DNA of 64,000 nt from a virus (IMGVR_UViG_3300048136_000205:2287-66286); one strand, 5' to 3'; counted from the stretch's first letter, positions 1 through 10,198 are shown. The notes: a model not told the origin generated them from the letters alone. Program-made: numbers and translations.

Positions 1-18
1 TGCAACCGATGCGTCAAG

Positions 19-1872
19 TTGTTAGGTGATGACACGTTACTAAAACGTCTCTCCCCTTGGGGTGCAGTGAGAGATCGGAAGCAGAGAATCAACAATCGTG
101 ATCAGCAGTACTACATCATCGAGGGTGTCGAGTCTATCGACTACCTTGAAGTCTACAAGAAGTTCACTTATTCTCAGCAAGAATCTTATCGACTCGACCA
201 CATTGCACATGTCGAACTTGGTGAGAGAAAACTCTCGTACGAAGAGCACGGCAATCTACACACTCTCTACAAAGAGGACTACCAGAAATTTATTGACTAT
301 AACATCAAGGACGTGGAACTGGTTTATAAACTCGATGAGAAACTTGATCTGATTACCTTGGTACTTACCATGGCCTATCGTGGTGGAGTGAACTACGGAG
401 ATACCTTGGGGACCACAAACATTTGGGATTCGATCATCTATCGACTTCTGAACAAGCATAAGATTGCAGTGCCACCCAAAGTGGAGAAACCTAAGACTCC
501 TTATCCTGGTGGATATGTCAAAGAACCACAGGTCGGGTCTCATGATTGGGTGTGCTCGTTTGACTTGAATTCTCTCTACCCCAATATCATTGTTCAATAC
601 AATATGTCCCCAGAGACTGTTATGGATGGACTAGATATGTCTGCCAGTGTTGAAGCATTCTTAGACGGTAAGAGTATCAACGAAGGTGGATATTCTCTTG
701 CACCTACGGGTGTACGATTTACACACGACCGCAAGGGTGTGATCCCAACAATCATTGAACAGTACTACGCAGACCGACGTATCATCAAAGACAAGATGCT
801 CGAACTGCAACAGGAATACCAGACGACACCAAGCAAGTCTCTGCAGTACAAGATCACTGCACTCAACAATCAGCAGATGGCAATCAAGATCTTGATGAAC
901 TCACTCTATGGTGCACTGGGCAACAAGTACTTCCGATACTTCGATCAACGTGTTGCTGAATCGATTACAATGGCAGGTCAGTTGGCAATTAAGTGGGCAG
1001 AACGTGCAGTGAATGGTGCGATGCAAGATGTTCTCAAAACAGATGAGGACTATGTCGTCGCAATCGATACTGACTCCGTGTATATCCGCATGGGTGATCT
1101 GGTTGATAAGTTTCAACCAAACAATCCTGTCAAGTTCTTAGACAAGATTTGCTCCGAACATTTTGAGAAGGTACTGCGTAAGGCATATGCCAAGATGGGA
1201 GAGTCCACGGGTGCGTATGTCAACCGTATGGAAATGGGACGTGAGGTTATTGCAGACCGTGGTATTTGGATGGCAAAGAAACGATACATCCTCAACGTCC
1301 ACAACAACGAGGGTGTCCAGTACGCACAGCCCAAACTGAAGATGATGGGCATCGAGGCAATCAAGTCGTCCACTCCACAGGTAGTTCGTGACAGATTCAA
1401 AGAGATCTTTCATGTGATTATTGAGGGAACGGAGAATGACACTCAGTCGTTCATCCGGAAGTTTCGGTCAGACTTTAGGTCTTTGCCCCCCGAAGAGGTC
1501 TCGTTCCCACGTGGTGTGTCTAATCTTACCAAATGGAAGGATCGGGATACGGTATACAAGAAGGGTACACCCATCCACGTGAGAGGTGCTCTGTGCTACA
1601 ACAATGCAATCACAGAGAAAGGTCTGACTGCACGATATGAGTCGGTCAAGACCGGAGAGAAGATCAAGTTTGTTTATCTCAAAATGCCAAACCGTTTGGG
1701 TGAGAACGTAGTTTCATACCCACTCAATCTTCCGGAGGAGTTGGGTCTGCATCAATACATTGATTACGACACCATGTTTGACAAGACATTCTTAGATCCA
1801 CTAGAACCGATTCTTGATGCAGTCGGGTGGACTGCTGAACCTGTTGCATCTTTGGAAGATTTTTTCGGGTAA
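19..1872 (+). CDS. gp43: Family B DNA polymerase (T4 gp43-like), 5'-truncated by window edge
   Basis: Motifs [39 protein letters not shown]; C-terminal clamp-binding peptide SLEDFF. Confidence 0.97.
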   Translation: MLGDDTLLKRLSPWGAVRDRKQRINNRDQQYYIIEGVESIDYLEVYKKFTYSQQESYRLDHIAHVELGERKLSYEEHGNLHTLYKEDYQKFIDYNIKDVELVYKLDEKLDLITLVLTMAYRGGVNYGDTLGTTNIWDSIIYRLLNKHKIAVPPKVEKPKTPYPGGYVKEPQVGSHDWVCSFDLNSLYPNIIVQYNMSPETVMDGLDMSASVEAFLDGKSINEGGYSLAPTGVRFTHDRKGVIPTIIEQYYADRRIIKDKMLELQQEYQTTPSKSLQYKITALNNQQMAIKILMNSLYGALGNKYFRYFDQRVAESITMAGQLAIKWAERAVNGAMQDVLKTDEDYVVAIDTDSVYIRMGDLVDKFQPNNPVKFLDKICSEHFEKVLRKAYAKMGESTGAYVNRMEMGREVIADRGIWMAKKRYILNVHNNEGVQYAQPKLKMMGIEAIKSSTPQVVRDRFKEIFHVIIEGTENDTQSFIRKFRSDFRSLPPEEVSFPRGVSNLTKWKDRDTVYKKGTPIHVRGALCYNNAITEKGLTARYESVKTGEKIKFVYLKMPNRLGENVVSYPLNLPEELGLHQYIDYDTMFDKTFLDPLEPILDAVGWTAEPVASLEDFFG

Positions 1873-1876
1873 GGGC

Positions 1877-1906
1877 TTGACAGGCAGTCCGATAATTTGA
1901 TACTAT
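1877..1906 (+). promoter_or_regulatory. Sigma70-like promoter
   Basis: TTGACA-N18-TACTAT immediately after gp43 stop. Confidence 0.6.
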
Positions 1907-1997
1907 ATAAAAATGACATCGAGACTACAAGTAGTTAGTCCTTTGTCATTTATTATTAACCGACTTAGACACCACCTAGCAGTGTCAAGGAGAAATT

Positions 1998-3263
1998 GTG
2001 GCAATTCTAGCTTTAAAAAAGCCTGTTGATATAACAGAGCAATCATCAACACCATCCGGATGGTTTATTTCAAAAACCACTCCATCTTTTACCCTTAATG
2101 ATTTAGCACAACACGTCAGTGCGTGGAATGAGAGAACTCAACCTGAGCAAACCGTTGATTTATCAAGATATGGTTTAGTGTATCATCAAGTCTCACTACG
2201 ACCTAAAGAAGATCTAAGTGTAAGTGACACCAAATTGCTTACTCAAGAAATGAGAGTTAGCAGTGCAAAGAACTTAAATGAATTAACTGCTATCATGATC
2301 GATAGAGGAGTAGATCTCCGTTGTAAGCAACAACATGTTGTTGTTGACGAAAATGGTGATATTGTTCTTGTGTTTAGTGGTAATACTACTCACTCAATCT
2401 TAACGAACCATTTCGAACTAGAGAATCGAATAGTTCATGAATTTAAGATGGGTGAGGGGTGTACTGTTGCATCGATAGTACGAGCAGGAGTATACGTAAA
2501 TTCTTTAGAAGTGAATGGATCAAGTCCAGCAACTTTTGAAGATGCTGAAAAGGCACTTGTCTTATCTATCAAGGAAGGTAAAGATAAAAACCTTAGATAT
2601 GATAGGGATCTGTTTGCTAAAAACGATGATAAGAGAAACGAATGGTTAGACAGATGCACCGAGGAATTCAATCAAATTACATGCAACAAGTACAAGACAA
2701 AACACGCAAGGATCAATGAACTGCGACATAAGCTTCTAGCTGCAGTTGGAGAAGAGACACTTGAAACCATTGACGGTGGTGATATTCTTCTTGAGATTCT
2801 TAGAAAAAAGCATGGAAGTAGATATGAAGATACTGCCGATAGGAAGCACAAGGTTTTTTCTGTGACTGATTTTGATAAAGTGCCTAGAGTGTTTTCTACT
2901 ATGTCTATTGATGCCGATAAAGAGTACAATACTAATCGATCAGATGTCTCTGCAAAGCATATCAAAAATTGCATATTACTATACAGTAAAGTTTTAGATC
3001 CAAGAAATGAAATAGGTTCTTTTCTGTCGGTCTGTAAGAAATTTATTAAGCAGATGAAAGAGTATGAAGACGGGTTTATTCTGAAACATGACACCAGTCC
3101 ATTTCATAAAAACGATGAGATTATAGGGGTGTATAACCAATCTTCTAAGATCGAAAAGTTCTTTCAGTCTATAGATAAAGAAAAGTTTAGATCTGTCCGA
3201 CAAGGAAACATGATCCCATTGGATGTTGTTACAGAAATGATTGCTGAGTTCTATAAGGACTAA
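1998..3263 (+). CDS. Hypothetical protein (AT-richer than flanks; weak ParB/Srx-like N-terminal hint)
   Basis: 421-aa ORF, AGGAG RBS, GTG start, own promoter and terminator; VFSGNTT loosely resembles ParB dGxxR. Confidence 0.75.
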   Translation: MAILALKKPVDITEQSSTPSGWFISKTTPSFTLNDLAQHVSAWNERTQPEQTVDLSRYGLVYHQVSLRPKEDLSVSDTKLLTQEMRVSSAKNLNELTAIMIDRGVDLRCKQQHVVVDENGDIVLVFSGNTTHSILTNHFELENRIVHEFKMGEGCTVASIVRAGVYVNSLEVNGSSPATFEDAEKALVLSIKEGKDKNLRYDRDLFAKNDDKRNEWLDRCTEEFNQITCNKYKTKHARINELRHKLLAAVGEETLETIDGGDILLEILRKKHGSRYEDTADRKHKVFSVTDFDKVPRVFSTMSIDADKEYNTNRSDVSAKHIKNCILLYSKVLDPRNEIGSFLSVCKKFIKQMKEYEDGFILKHDTSPFHKNDEIIGVYNQSSKIEKFFQSIDKEKFRSVRQGNMIPLDVVTEMIAEFYKD

Positions 3264-3271
3264 GCATAACA

Positions 3272-3310
3272 GAAGGGGGATTGACATCCCCCTTTTTTTT
3301 GTAGTATAAT
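3272..3310 (+). terminator. Intrinsic terminator overlapping a sigma70-like promoter
   Basis: GGGGGAT-TGAC-ATCCCCC-T8; TTGACA (3281) sits in the hairpin, TATAAT at 3305. Confidence 0.8.
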
Positions 3311-3346
3311 AGTCCCATCTTAATCAAAAAAGGATGTGACAATAAG

Positions 3347-3571
3347 ATGCCCTACATAGATGTATTCGTAGATGACGATCAGTTCGATCGTATCATAATT
3401 GAAGAAATAGATCACGTACTATCCACAGACAAAGATCTCGATATGGATACTGAACTGCGTCGTTCTATGATGATAGTCAGGAACTACTTCTGCTCTAAAC
3501 CAGAGATGGTTCAGAAGGCATTCCCATTTATGTACACTGAAGAGGAAATTTATAATGACGTATCAGTCTAG
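3347..3571 (+). CDS. Hypothetical acidic protein
   Basis: 74-aa ORF downstream of promoter. Confidence 0.65.
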   Translation: MPYIDVFVDDDQFDRIIIEEIDHVLSTDKDLDMDTELRRSMMIVRNYFCSKPEMVQKAFPFMYTEEEIYNDVSV

Positions 3572-3679
3572 GCTAGCAGAAGAGTACGCAAGACTCATGA
3601 GCAAGTATGGAGAAAATCCACGGCCGTCTCGTGTCAAACAACTTAACAAACTGAAGCTGTATCTGCGTAGAACACTGTA

Positions 3680-4162
3680 ATGTTACGTTACGTGTCGATT
3701 GCTTTCCTAGTTGCTATAACGTCGTATGCTTACGCACAGGAAGAGAAAGCAAAAACTGAAATAGAATGCCTTGCGATGAATGTTTATCACGAGGCACGGT
3801 CTGAGAGTCTTGCAGGACAATATGCGGTTGCGGACGTTGTTCTCAACCGTGTAGAGTCTCGACTCTACCCAGACAGCATCTGTGGGGTTGTGTTTCAGGC
3901 AAAGACTTGGGAAGGAGTCCCAATTCGGGACAAGTGTCAGTTCAGTTGGTACTGCGACGGTAGGTCGGATCATCCCACTGAGGTTGACTCATGGTTGCGA
4001 TCGATTACCGTCGCAGTCAACATCCTACACAAGGCGCAGTTCCGTGGTCTCACGGAGAGTGCTACCCACTACCACACCGACTATGTCAGTCCTAACTGGA
4101 ACAAGTCTATGGACTACATCGGACGTATTGGAAATCATCTATTTTACTTGGAGACCCGTTAA
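3680..4162 (+). CDS. SleB-like cell wall hydrolase (Hydrolase_2)
   Basis: CLAMNVYHEARSE, VADVVLNRV, CQFSW, ATHYH, IGNHLFY; N-terminal signal. Confidence 0.92.
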   Translation: MLRYVSIAFLVAITSYAYAQEEKAKTEIECLAMNVYHEARSESLAGQYAVADVVLNRVESRLYPDSICGVVFQAKTWEGVPIRDKCQFSWYCDGRSDHPTEVDSWLRSITVAVNILHKAQFRGLTESATHYHTDYVSPNWNKSMDYIGRIGNHLFYLETR

Positions 4163-4395
4163 TGTTGGATTTAGTAATTTCCCTTTCACTAAATACTAGT
4201 GCTCCGGAAGAACTTGTTCTCATTAAAAGCAAGGAACAAGAGATTGCCGAGCAAATATTTGAGGAGTCGTACAAAGAGAAACGATCGATTCTGAGGACAA
4301 GAAAAGTCATTGTACATATAGAGGATCGTACAGATTTTGTCCTAAGATTTAGAAACAGAGATGCTCTAACGGTTGTCTACTACTTTGATATATGA
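4162..4395 (+). CDS. Hypothetical protein
   Basis: ORF translationally coupled to previous stop (TAATG). Confidence 0.55.
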   Translation: MLDLVISLSLNTSAPEELVLIKSKEQEIAEQIFEESYKEKRSILRTRKVIVHIEDRTDFVLRFRNRDALTVVYYFDI

Positions 4396-4433
4396 TATAA
4401 TAAACATTTAAAGAGGTAAAGAGGTAAAGGGCA

Positions 4434-4691
4434 ATGGAAGGATTAACATATCCGTCAACATATTTTCGTGATGGGGCAGTTGATCTTGGTAATGTATACA
4501 TTATTATGGACCCAATAGGATTAATCGTTGGGGTATACAAGTGTCCTGAAACGGCAATTGAAAAAGCTATATTAGAAGTACGCAGTGGGTTCTTAGATGA
4601 TAGTGTCCACGTTGAGGCGTCAGATGTTGCAATATTTGTTGAAGGGGAAAAGGGTAAGATTGTGATTCTAGTCGAACAGATTAGAGGTTAA
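4434..4691 (+). CDS. Hypothetical protein
   Basis: GAGG RBS; upstream TTGTCT-N17-TATAAT at 4373-4401. Confidence 0.6.
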   Translation: MEGLTYPSTYFRDGAVDLGNVYIIMDPIGLIVGVYKCPETAIEKAILEVRSGFLDDSVHVEASDVAIFVEGEKGKIVILVEQIRG

Positions 4692-4717
4692 TACAATCCT
4701 ATATAATGAACGATTGA

Positions 4718-4793
4718 GTCCCGTTCGTCTAGTGGTCTAGGACACCGCCCTTTCACGGCGGGAACAGGGGTTCGAACCCCCTACGGGATACCA
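4718..4793 (+). tRNA. tRNA-Glu (TTC)
   Basis: Cloverleaf, anticodon loop CT-TTC-AC, GTTCGAA T-loop, encoded CCA. Confidence 0.96.
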
Positions 4794-4814
4794 CTACAAA
4801 ACTTGAGATTTGTT

Positions 4815-6056
4815 ATGAAAAAAAGAGATTATTCACCCGAAGACGTTCGTCGTCTTCAAGGAACCGTACAGATTGACCACACCCTTGCAAAGATGGGTGC
4901 GACTAAGTTACGTCAACTGTTTGAAGAAAATGAGTACATTAATACATTTGGAGCATATAATGGACAACAGGCAGTCCAACACGTCAAGGCAGGACTCAAA
5001 GCAATCTACCTCTCAGGATGGCAAGTTGCCGCATCAGCCAACTCCCACAACGAGGTATACCCAGATCAGTCTCTCTATGCTGTTGATAGTGTGCCTAATG
5101 TTGTCCGGTCTATCAATAATGCATTTAGACGACAAGACCAAATCGAATATCTGGAAACTGGAAACGGGTTTGAATTTGCCCCTATTATTGCCGATGCTGA
5201 AGCAGGATTCGGAGGAGTTCTAAATGCGTATGAACTTGCAAGAAACCTTATCGAAGCAGGTGCTGCAGGTATTCACTATGAGGACCAAGTGGCTGCCGAA
5301 AAGAAGTGCGGACACTTGGGAGGAAAGGTTCTCATACCGACTAGTCAAGCTCTACGCAACCTTAATGCCGCTCGCCTTGCTAGTGACGTTGCTGGCACTG
5401 ATACAGTCGTTATTGCTCGTACCGATGCTGAGTCTGCTAAGTTAATCTCCAGCAACATCTCAGACATCGACAGACCATTCATCAAGAGAGTCGCCCAAGG
5501 TTCGGGTGGTTCTATTCAATGTCGCACACAGGAAGGATTCTACATGCTCGAAGAGGGCAAGGGACTAGAGTTCGGTTGTGTGCGTGGTCAGGCATACGCA
5601 GAATACGCAGACCTCGTGTGGTGCGAAACATCGACACCATGCTTGAAGGATGCGAAACGATTTGCTGACGCAGTCAAAGGAGCAGTGCCAGACGCAATGT
5701 TGGCATACAACTGCTCACCATCATTCAACTGGCGCAAGTCAATTCCAGGCGATCAAGAACTAAAAGAGTTCCAGAGAGAACTAGGTCGCATGGGATTTAA
5801 GTTCCAGTTTATCACACTTGCTGGGTTTCACCAGACTAACTATGCAATCTTTGATTTCGCAAACCGATACAAAGATGAGGGGATGTATGCTTACAGTTTA
5901 TTACAGGAGGCAGAGTTCGATGCAGAGGCACGTGGATACACAGGAGCAAAACACCAAAGAGAGGTTGGAGTCGGATACTTTGATGCGATTACGACAACTC
6001 TGGGTTCTTCTTCTACCGCTGCTATGGCAGGGTCAACCGAAGAAGATCAATTTTAA
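4815..6056 (+). CDS. aceA: Isocitrate lyase
   Basis: IYLSGWQVA, PIIADAEAGFGG, catalytic KKCGHLGGK, LAYNCSPSFNW, FITLAGFH, KHQREVG, C-terminal GSTEEDQF. Confidence 0.97.
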   Translation: MKKRDYSPEDVRRLQGTVQIDHTLAKMGATKLRQLFEENEYINTFGAYNGQQAVQHVKAGLKAIYLSGWQVAASANSHNEVYPDQSLYAVDSVPNVVRSINNAFRRQDQIEYLETGNGFEFAPIIADAEAGFGGVLNAYELARNLIEAGAAGIHYEDQVAAEKKCGHLGGKVLIPTSQALRNLNAARLASDVAGTDTVVIARTDAESAKLISSNISDIDRPFIKRVAQGSGGSIQCRTQEGFYMLEEGKGLEFGCVRGQAYAEYADLVWCETSTPCLKDAKRFADAVKGAVPDAMLAYNCSPSFNWRKSIPGDQELKEFQRELGRMGFKFQFITLAGFHQTNYAIFDFANRYKDEGMYAYSLLQEAEFDAEARGYTGAKHQREVGVGYFDAITTTLGSSSTAAMAGSTEEDQF

Positions 6057-6105
6057 GGCACCCCCAAACAAATGTGTTTGGGATTTAGAAAACGAGGGAT
6101 AATTG

Positions 6106-6318
6106 ATGCCGACTAAGTACAAACCAAGTTCAGTCTCTAAGAGTAGATTGAAGAGAACACCAAATCAGCATTACTACATGCACATGTTGGATAATACTCA
6201 ATTGTGGAATGAGTTTTTTGCCACTAACAATAAACGCTACAAACACAAGATGCGCAATGAGTTATACTCTCGTGGTTTTCGTCACGAGGATTTTGTACAA
6301 AGGTCTGCTGATAGATGA
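6106..6318 (+). CDS. Hypothetical basic protein
   Basis: Short ORF overlapping the next start. Confidence 0.5.
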   Translation: MPTKYKPSSVSKSRLKRTPNQHYYMHMLDNTQLWNEFFATNNKRYKHKMRNELYSRGFRHEDFVQRSADR

Positions 6319-6878
6319 TCGATACATCCTTTTTAACCGAAGGACTAAAGAAGGTCGAAGGTCATCTACAAACAACCACAAGGACAGTGGACACATTTAC
6401 AGAGATCTATGACATCATAAAACCATCTAAGGTCTTTGAGATAGGATTTAATGCTGGACATAGTGCCTATATGTCATTGACAATCTTACCTGAAGTAGTG
6501 TATCATTCTGTAGATATTGGTATGCACAAGTATAGTGCTATCAATGCTGATAAACTGAAAGAGATATTCGGTGACAGGTTTGCTTATCAAGAAGTTAATT
6601 CTCGTATGATTATTGCGCAATCGATGAAAGGATATGATGCAGTGTTTGTTGACGGAGACCATAGTGTACAAGGAATCAGTTCAGACTTGAATCTGTGCAA
6701 CCATGCGGCAGTGCCGTATATCTTGGTTGATGATCACCACCCCAAGTGGTTCAGGGTTGTCATTGAACTGACCGAGCATTTTTTAAGCAAGGACGACTTC
6801 CCCTATGAAATGGTGAAGGTGTTCGATTATGATTCTAAGGATGGCAACAACAGTGTTGCCCTTTTGAAGAGAGTGTAA
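6315..6878 (+). CDS. Class I SAM-dependent methyltransferase (Methyltransf_24-like)
   Basis: VFEIGFNAGHS motif I, SVDI, YDAVFVDGDHS, ILVDD. Confidence 0.88.
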   Translation: MIDTSFLTEGLKKVEGHLQTTTRTVDTFTEIYDIIKPSKVFEIGFNAGHSAYMSLTILPEVVYHSVDIGMHKYSAINADKLKEIFGDRFAYQEVNSRMIIAQSMKGYDAVFVDGDHSVQGISSDLNLCNHAAVPYILVDDHHPKWFRVVIELTEHFLSKDDFPYEMVKVFDYDSKDGNNSVALLKRV

Positions 6879-7123
6879 TGATGGATATAGCAGAATCACC
6901 TATTTCAAGAACAGGTAACGAAGTTTGGGACAAGACCTTTAACGATTGCTTTTGGCAAAATATGTCAACTATAGTATGGAATCATAGTTGCATGTTTGAA
7001 GGGGATGTCTGGGTCGGTAAGGATGAAGAGTGTTCTTGGTGCGGTGCCACAGAAGACACTGAAGGTGGAGAAGTTGTTCATCATAGAATAATGGGAACAC
7101 TGCACGGAAAGTTTTATAAATGA
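6878..7123 (+). CDS. Hypothetical protein, possible zinc finger
   Basis: WNHSC...ECSWCG. Confidence 0.6.
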   Translation: MMDIAESPISRTGNEVWDKTFNDCFWQNMSTIVWNHSCMFEGDVWVGKDEECSWCGATEDTEGGEVVHHRIMGTLHGKFYK

Positions 7124-7243
7124 GTATAGGAATGTTAGGACTCCTCGCAGTCTTTCTGTGTCCTATGGTGTTCGGTGGTATCACGATGTACTACTCGCAC
7201 AAGTCTATACATAAAGATACACTAAAAAGGTGGGAGAAACAAA

Positions 7244-7540
7244 GTGAACGTGATTAAGAAAATTGGATTCGCAATTTACGACCTATACAATTTCTTTTTT
7301 AATTTGAAGATTAATCCACTGCGTCACATACCGAATGAACTTGTACAGTTTATTCTCATGTTCTACTTGTCGGTAATGTGGTCGGTAGTGTTCACCTTCT
7401 GGGCAGGATACACATACATGTATGGTATCTACAGTGCGGGAGGTCATCTTCTGGTACTTGGTGCATTCTTTATCACCGTCGCATTATTCAGAGATGCTGA
7501 AAAGAATGGTCATTTGTGGGTGAAACGTAATGAAGTTTAA
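7244..7540 (+). CDS. Membrane protein
   Basis: Two hydrophobic segments, NPLRHIP motif. Confidence 0.7.
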   Translation: MNVIKKIGFAIYDLYNFFFNLKINPLRHIPNELVQFILMFYLSVMWSVVFTFWAGYTYMYGIYSAGGHLLVLGAFFITVALFRDAEKNGHLWVKRNEV

Positions 7541-7907
7541 AATAGTGTACAGAAAGGAGAACGAGTCAATATTCCCTTGGAAGTCTCGTTTTCGTGGTGT
7601 TGTATTGTGGCCGTATGTTATCATGCGACCTAAAGTCTATGTGACAGGTGAGATTGCACAGTCAGAAATGATGACACGTCGTTCACTTGTGAAGTTATAT
7701 CGACACGAGTTACAGCACTGTTACCAGATCAAACGAATGGGTATAATCAAGTTCTATGTACGATATGTCTGGTTAAATCTTACGAAAGGATATCAGGATC
7801 ATCCCGATGAGATTGAAGCAAGACAGTATGAGAATGAAAGGTTGACTCAACTTGAAGAAAAGTGGCTTCATGAAGGGGTCATAGATTTGTCGGAGATGGA
7901 GGATTAA
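7530..7907 (+). CDS. HExxH metallopeptidase-like protein
   Basis: YRHELQHCYQ ... HPDEIEAR. Confidence 0.7.
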   Translation: MKFKIVYRKENESIFPWKSRFRGVVLWPYVIMRPKVYVTGEIAQSEMMTRRSLVKLYRHELQHCYQIKRMGIIKFYVRYVWLNLTKGYQDHPDEIEARQYENERLTQLEEKWLHEGVIDLSEMED

Positions 7908-8500
7908 TGACGGATAATGATGATCGGTGGATGAAAATCACCGGAGTGAAAGTAGGTGACACGTTACCCGAAGCAACATTTCAGACACGAGTACGTGATG
8001 AAAGTATTGATGGACCTAATCCATATCGATGGGAAGAGACTACGATGGCAGACTATACTGCAGGTCGTCGTGTTGTAATCTTCTCACTTCCAGGCGCATT
8101 CACACCAACCTGCTCTACAATGCAGTTACCAACATTCGAAGAGAAGTTTGATCAGTTTGTTGATTTAGGTATTGATGACATCTACTGTATGTCGGTCAAC
8201 GATTCATTCGTGATGAACGCATGGGCACGACAACAAGAACTTAAACGAGTCAAAGTGATTCCGGACGGATCTGGTCACTTCACACGTGCGATGGGAATGC
8301 TTGTTGATAAAGACAATCTAGGATTCGGACACCGTTCTTGGCGTTATGCGATGGTCGTCACCGATGGTGTGATCGAGGCATTGTTCCGTGAAGCAAGTAT
8401 CCGAGATAATGCGGATGATGATCCGTATGAGATGACCACCCCTGAAAACCTACTTGGGTATCTGCGCAACGCAATTCCACAAGCAGAAGAGGTGGCATGA
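7907..8500 (+). CDS. Peroxiredoxin (Prx5/redoxin family)
   Basis: SLPGAFTPTCS, SVNDSFVMNAW, IPDGSGHFT, RSWRYAM. Confidence 0.95.
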   Translation: MTDNDDRWMKITGVKVGDTLPEATFQTRVRDESIDGPNPYRWEETTMADYTAGRRVVIFSLPGAFTPTCSTMQLPTFEEKFDQFVDLGIDDIYCMSVNDSFVMNAWARQQELKRVKVIPDGSGHFTRAMGMLVDKDNLGFGHRSWRYAMVVTDGVIEALFREASIRDNADDDPYEMTTPENLLGYLRNAIPQAEEVA

Positions 8501-8503
8501 TAA

Positions 8504-8791
8504 TTAAGAAAGGATCTGCTGTACTTCGCAGTAGTTCCTTTCCTTGTCAACAATGATAGCGATCATGGATTCTTCAACGATTCGACGACTGTTATTCTTC
8601 ACCACGACTTTTGAGTCAGGTGAAAGTTTTAGATCACAGTTGTGGAATAACTTGACAGTCTCGTGATCTTTTGATATAATATGCACACTATCAGACGATA
8701 TAAGTAGTTTATCATCTTTACAGATAGTGACTGAGTTTGCAAGTGCCACTGGTGTTGCTACCAACAGCAATAAGGTTAGTACTAGTTTCAT
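8504..8791 (-). CDS. Small secreted protein
   Basis: Signal peptide MKLVLTLLLLVATPVALA; AGGAGA RBS; only minus-strand gene in this region. Confidence 0.75.
   Translation of the reverse strand: MKLVLTLLLLVATPVALANSVTICKDDKLLISSDSVHIISKDHETVKLFHNCDLKLSPDSKVVVKNNSRRIVEESMIAIIVDKERNYCEVQQILS
8652..8680 (+). promoter_or_regulatory. Consensus sigma70 promoter, probably driving tRNA-Asn/Leu
   Basis: TTGACA-N17-TATAAT with extended -10 TG. Confidence 0.75.
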
Positions 8792-8885
8792 TTGCTTTCT
8801 CCTGTCGTCTCACGACGACTTTTGTTGCCTCACGGCAAAGTTATAATGTTACAGTTTTATTACTGTAATAGTATATATAAGTTTT

Positions 8886-8961
8886 TGGCACGTAGCTCAG
8901 TTGGTAGAGCTGATGACTGTTAATCATCCGGTCGCAGGTTCGAGCCCTGCCGTGCCAGCCA
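8886..8961 (+). tRNA. tRNA-Asn (GTT)
   Basis: Cloverleaf, GATGA-CTGTTAA-TCATC anticodon arm, G73, CCA. Confidence 0.96.
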
Positions 8962-8965
8962 TTTT

Positions 8966-9050
8966 GCGAGAGTGGTGGAATTGGTAGACACGCTGGTTTT
9001 AGGTACCAGTGCCGCAAGGCGTGAGAGTTCGAGTCTCTCCTTTCGCACCA
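8966..9050 (+). tRNA. tRNA-Leu (anticodon TAG)
   Basis: Long variable arm, CTGGT-TTTAGGT-ACCAG, A73, CCA. Confidence 0.96.
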
Positions 9051-9075
9051 ATATTATGATCAAGTGAGTTGAGTT

Positions 9076-9375
9076 ATGCCTAAGACAGGACGTGGTGACC
9101 CGATGGTTAGAGCAGACGGTCGCAATAAACCAGATAGAGAGTGGTGGCCCGAGAACTTCGATTGGTACCTGAAGTGGACAGCATCAATTCTTATTCTTGC
9201 TTCTTTGGCAATGCGTTCTGCAGGACCAGAGTTTCGCATGTATGACTTGACGATCGGCTTCGCAGGTATTATACTATGGACTTGGGTATCAGTTATCTGG
9301 AAAGACCGTGCACTCATTATGTTGAACACGGTTTCTGGGTTTATGATCTTGACAACCATACTGCGAGAGTGGTAG
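9076..9375 (+). CDS. Small 3-TM membrane protein (PnuC/SemiSWEET-like topology)
   Basis: WYLKWTAS, three hydrophobic helices, WKDRALIMLN. Confidence 0.65.
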   Translation: MPKTGRGDPMVRADGRNKPDREWWPENFDWYLKWTASILILASLAMRSAGPEFRMYDLTIGFAGIILWTWVSVIWKDRALIMLNTVSGFMILTTILREW

Positions 9376-9494
9376 AATGAACCGTAAAACTCATATAGCA
9401 ACTTGGGTTTACTACACATACCGTGACCATAAACGATTACCTCAGTGGTTGCAAAATGATTTAGACTATGCGAAACACGTTTTAGGAATAAGTG

Positions 9495-9779
9495 ATGACA
9501 AAGAAGGTAAAGATCGACTACAAGTTCAACGAGGATAAGTTGATCTCAGAATTTGCGAGTTATATCGACTCTACATATAACCAACACTATGCCAAAGAAA
9601 AGTTTCAGGCAACCGAATTTATTATTGATGGGGGGCACGGTACAGGATTCTGTATCGGTAATGTTTTAAAATATGCACAACGTTACGGAAAGAAGGGAAC
9701 TCGTGACGATGCACGTAAAGACTTACTAAAGGTACTTCATTATGCGCTTATTCAACTACACGTTCACGATAGCGATTAG
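9495..9779 (+). CDS. DUF3310-like protein (putative nucleotide kinase family)
   Basis: QHY...GFCIGNVLKYAQRYGKK...DLLKVLHY. Confidence 0.8.
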   Translation: MTKKVKIDYKFNEDKLISEFASYIDSTYNQHYAKEKFQATEFIIDGGHGTGFCIGNVLKYAQRYGKKGTRDDARKDLLKVLHYALIQLHVHDSD

Positions 9780-10122
9780 TCTATTCATCACCGGATGTGC
9801 ATCATCTGGTGTCACCAATGTGTACCGTTATGGTACGGACGATTATAAGTTCCTAGAAAAGGAATACGAGAACCTACATCCGAAGGTTAATTTTGTTTTA
9901 CTCAAAAACGAAGCCGAATATAACTCAGCCAGACGACGAAATCTGGGAATACAATGGGACACAGTGAGTGCGTTTACTCTCTGGATTCCTGAGACCGGCG
10001 AGTGCACCGTGTACATAAAGGATCCCGAGTGGCAGTGGGAACCTGAGTTGATTGGACACGAAGTTGCACACTGCATATGGGGGAGATACCATCGAGGCAA
10101 AGAAGGCCTCAAACCTTATTAG
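9742..10122 (+). CDS. Lipoprotein with HExxH motif
   Basis: Lipobox ITGC; IGHEVAHCIWGRYH. Confidence 0.75.
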   Translation: MRLFNYTFTIAISLFITGCASSGVTNVYRYGTDDYKFLEKEYENLHPKVNFVLLKNEAEYNSARRRNLGIQWDTVSAFTLWIPETGECTVYIKDPEWQWEPELIGHEVAHCIWGRYHRGKEGLKPY

Positions 10123-10198
10123 GAGCGGTAGTTCAGTTGGTTAGAATACCTGCCTGTCACGCAGGGGGTCGCGGGTTCGAGTCCCGTCCGCTCCGCCA
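10122..10198 (+). tRNA. tRNA-Asp (GTC)
   Basis: Near-canonical bacterial tRNA-Asp sequence, CCTGC-CTGTCAC-GCAGG, CCA. Confidence 0.97.
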
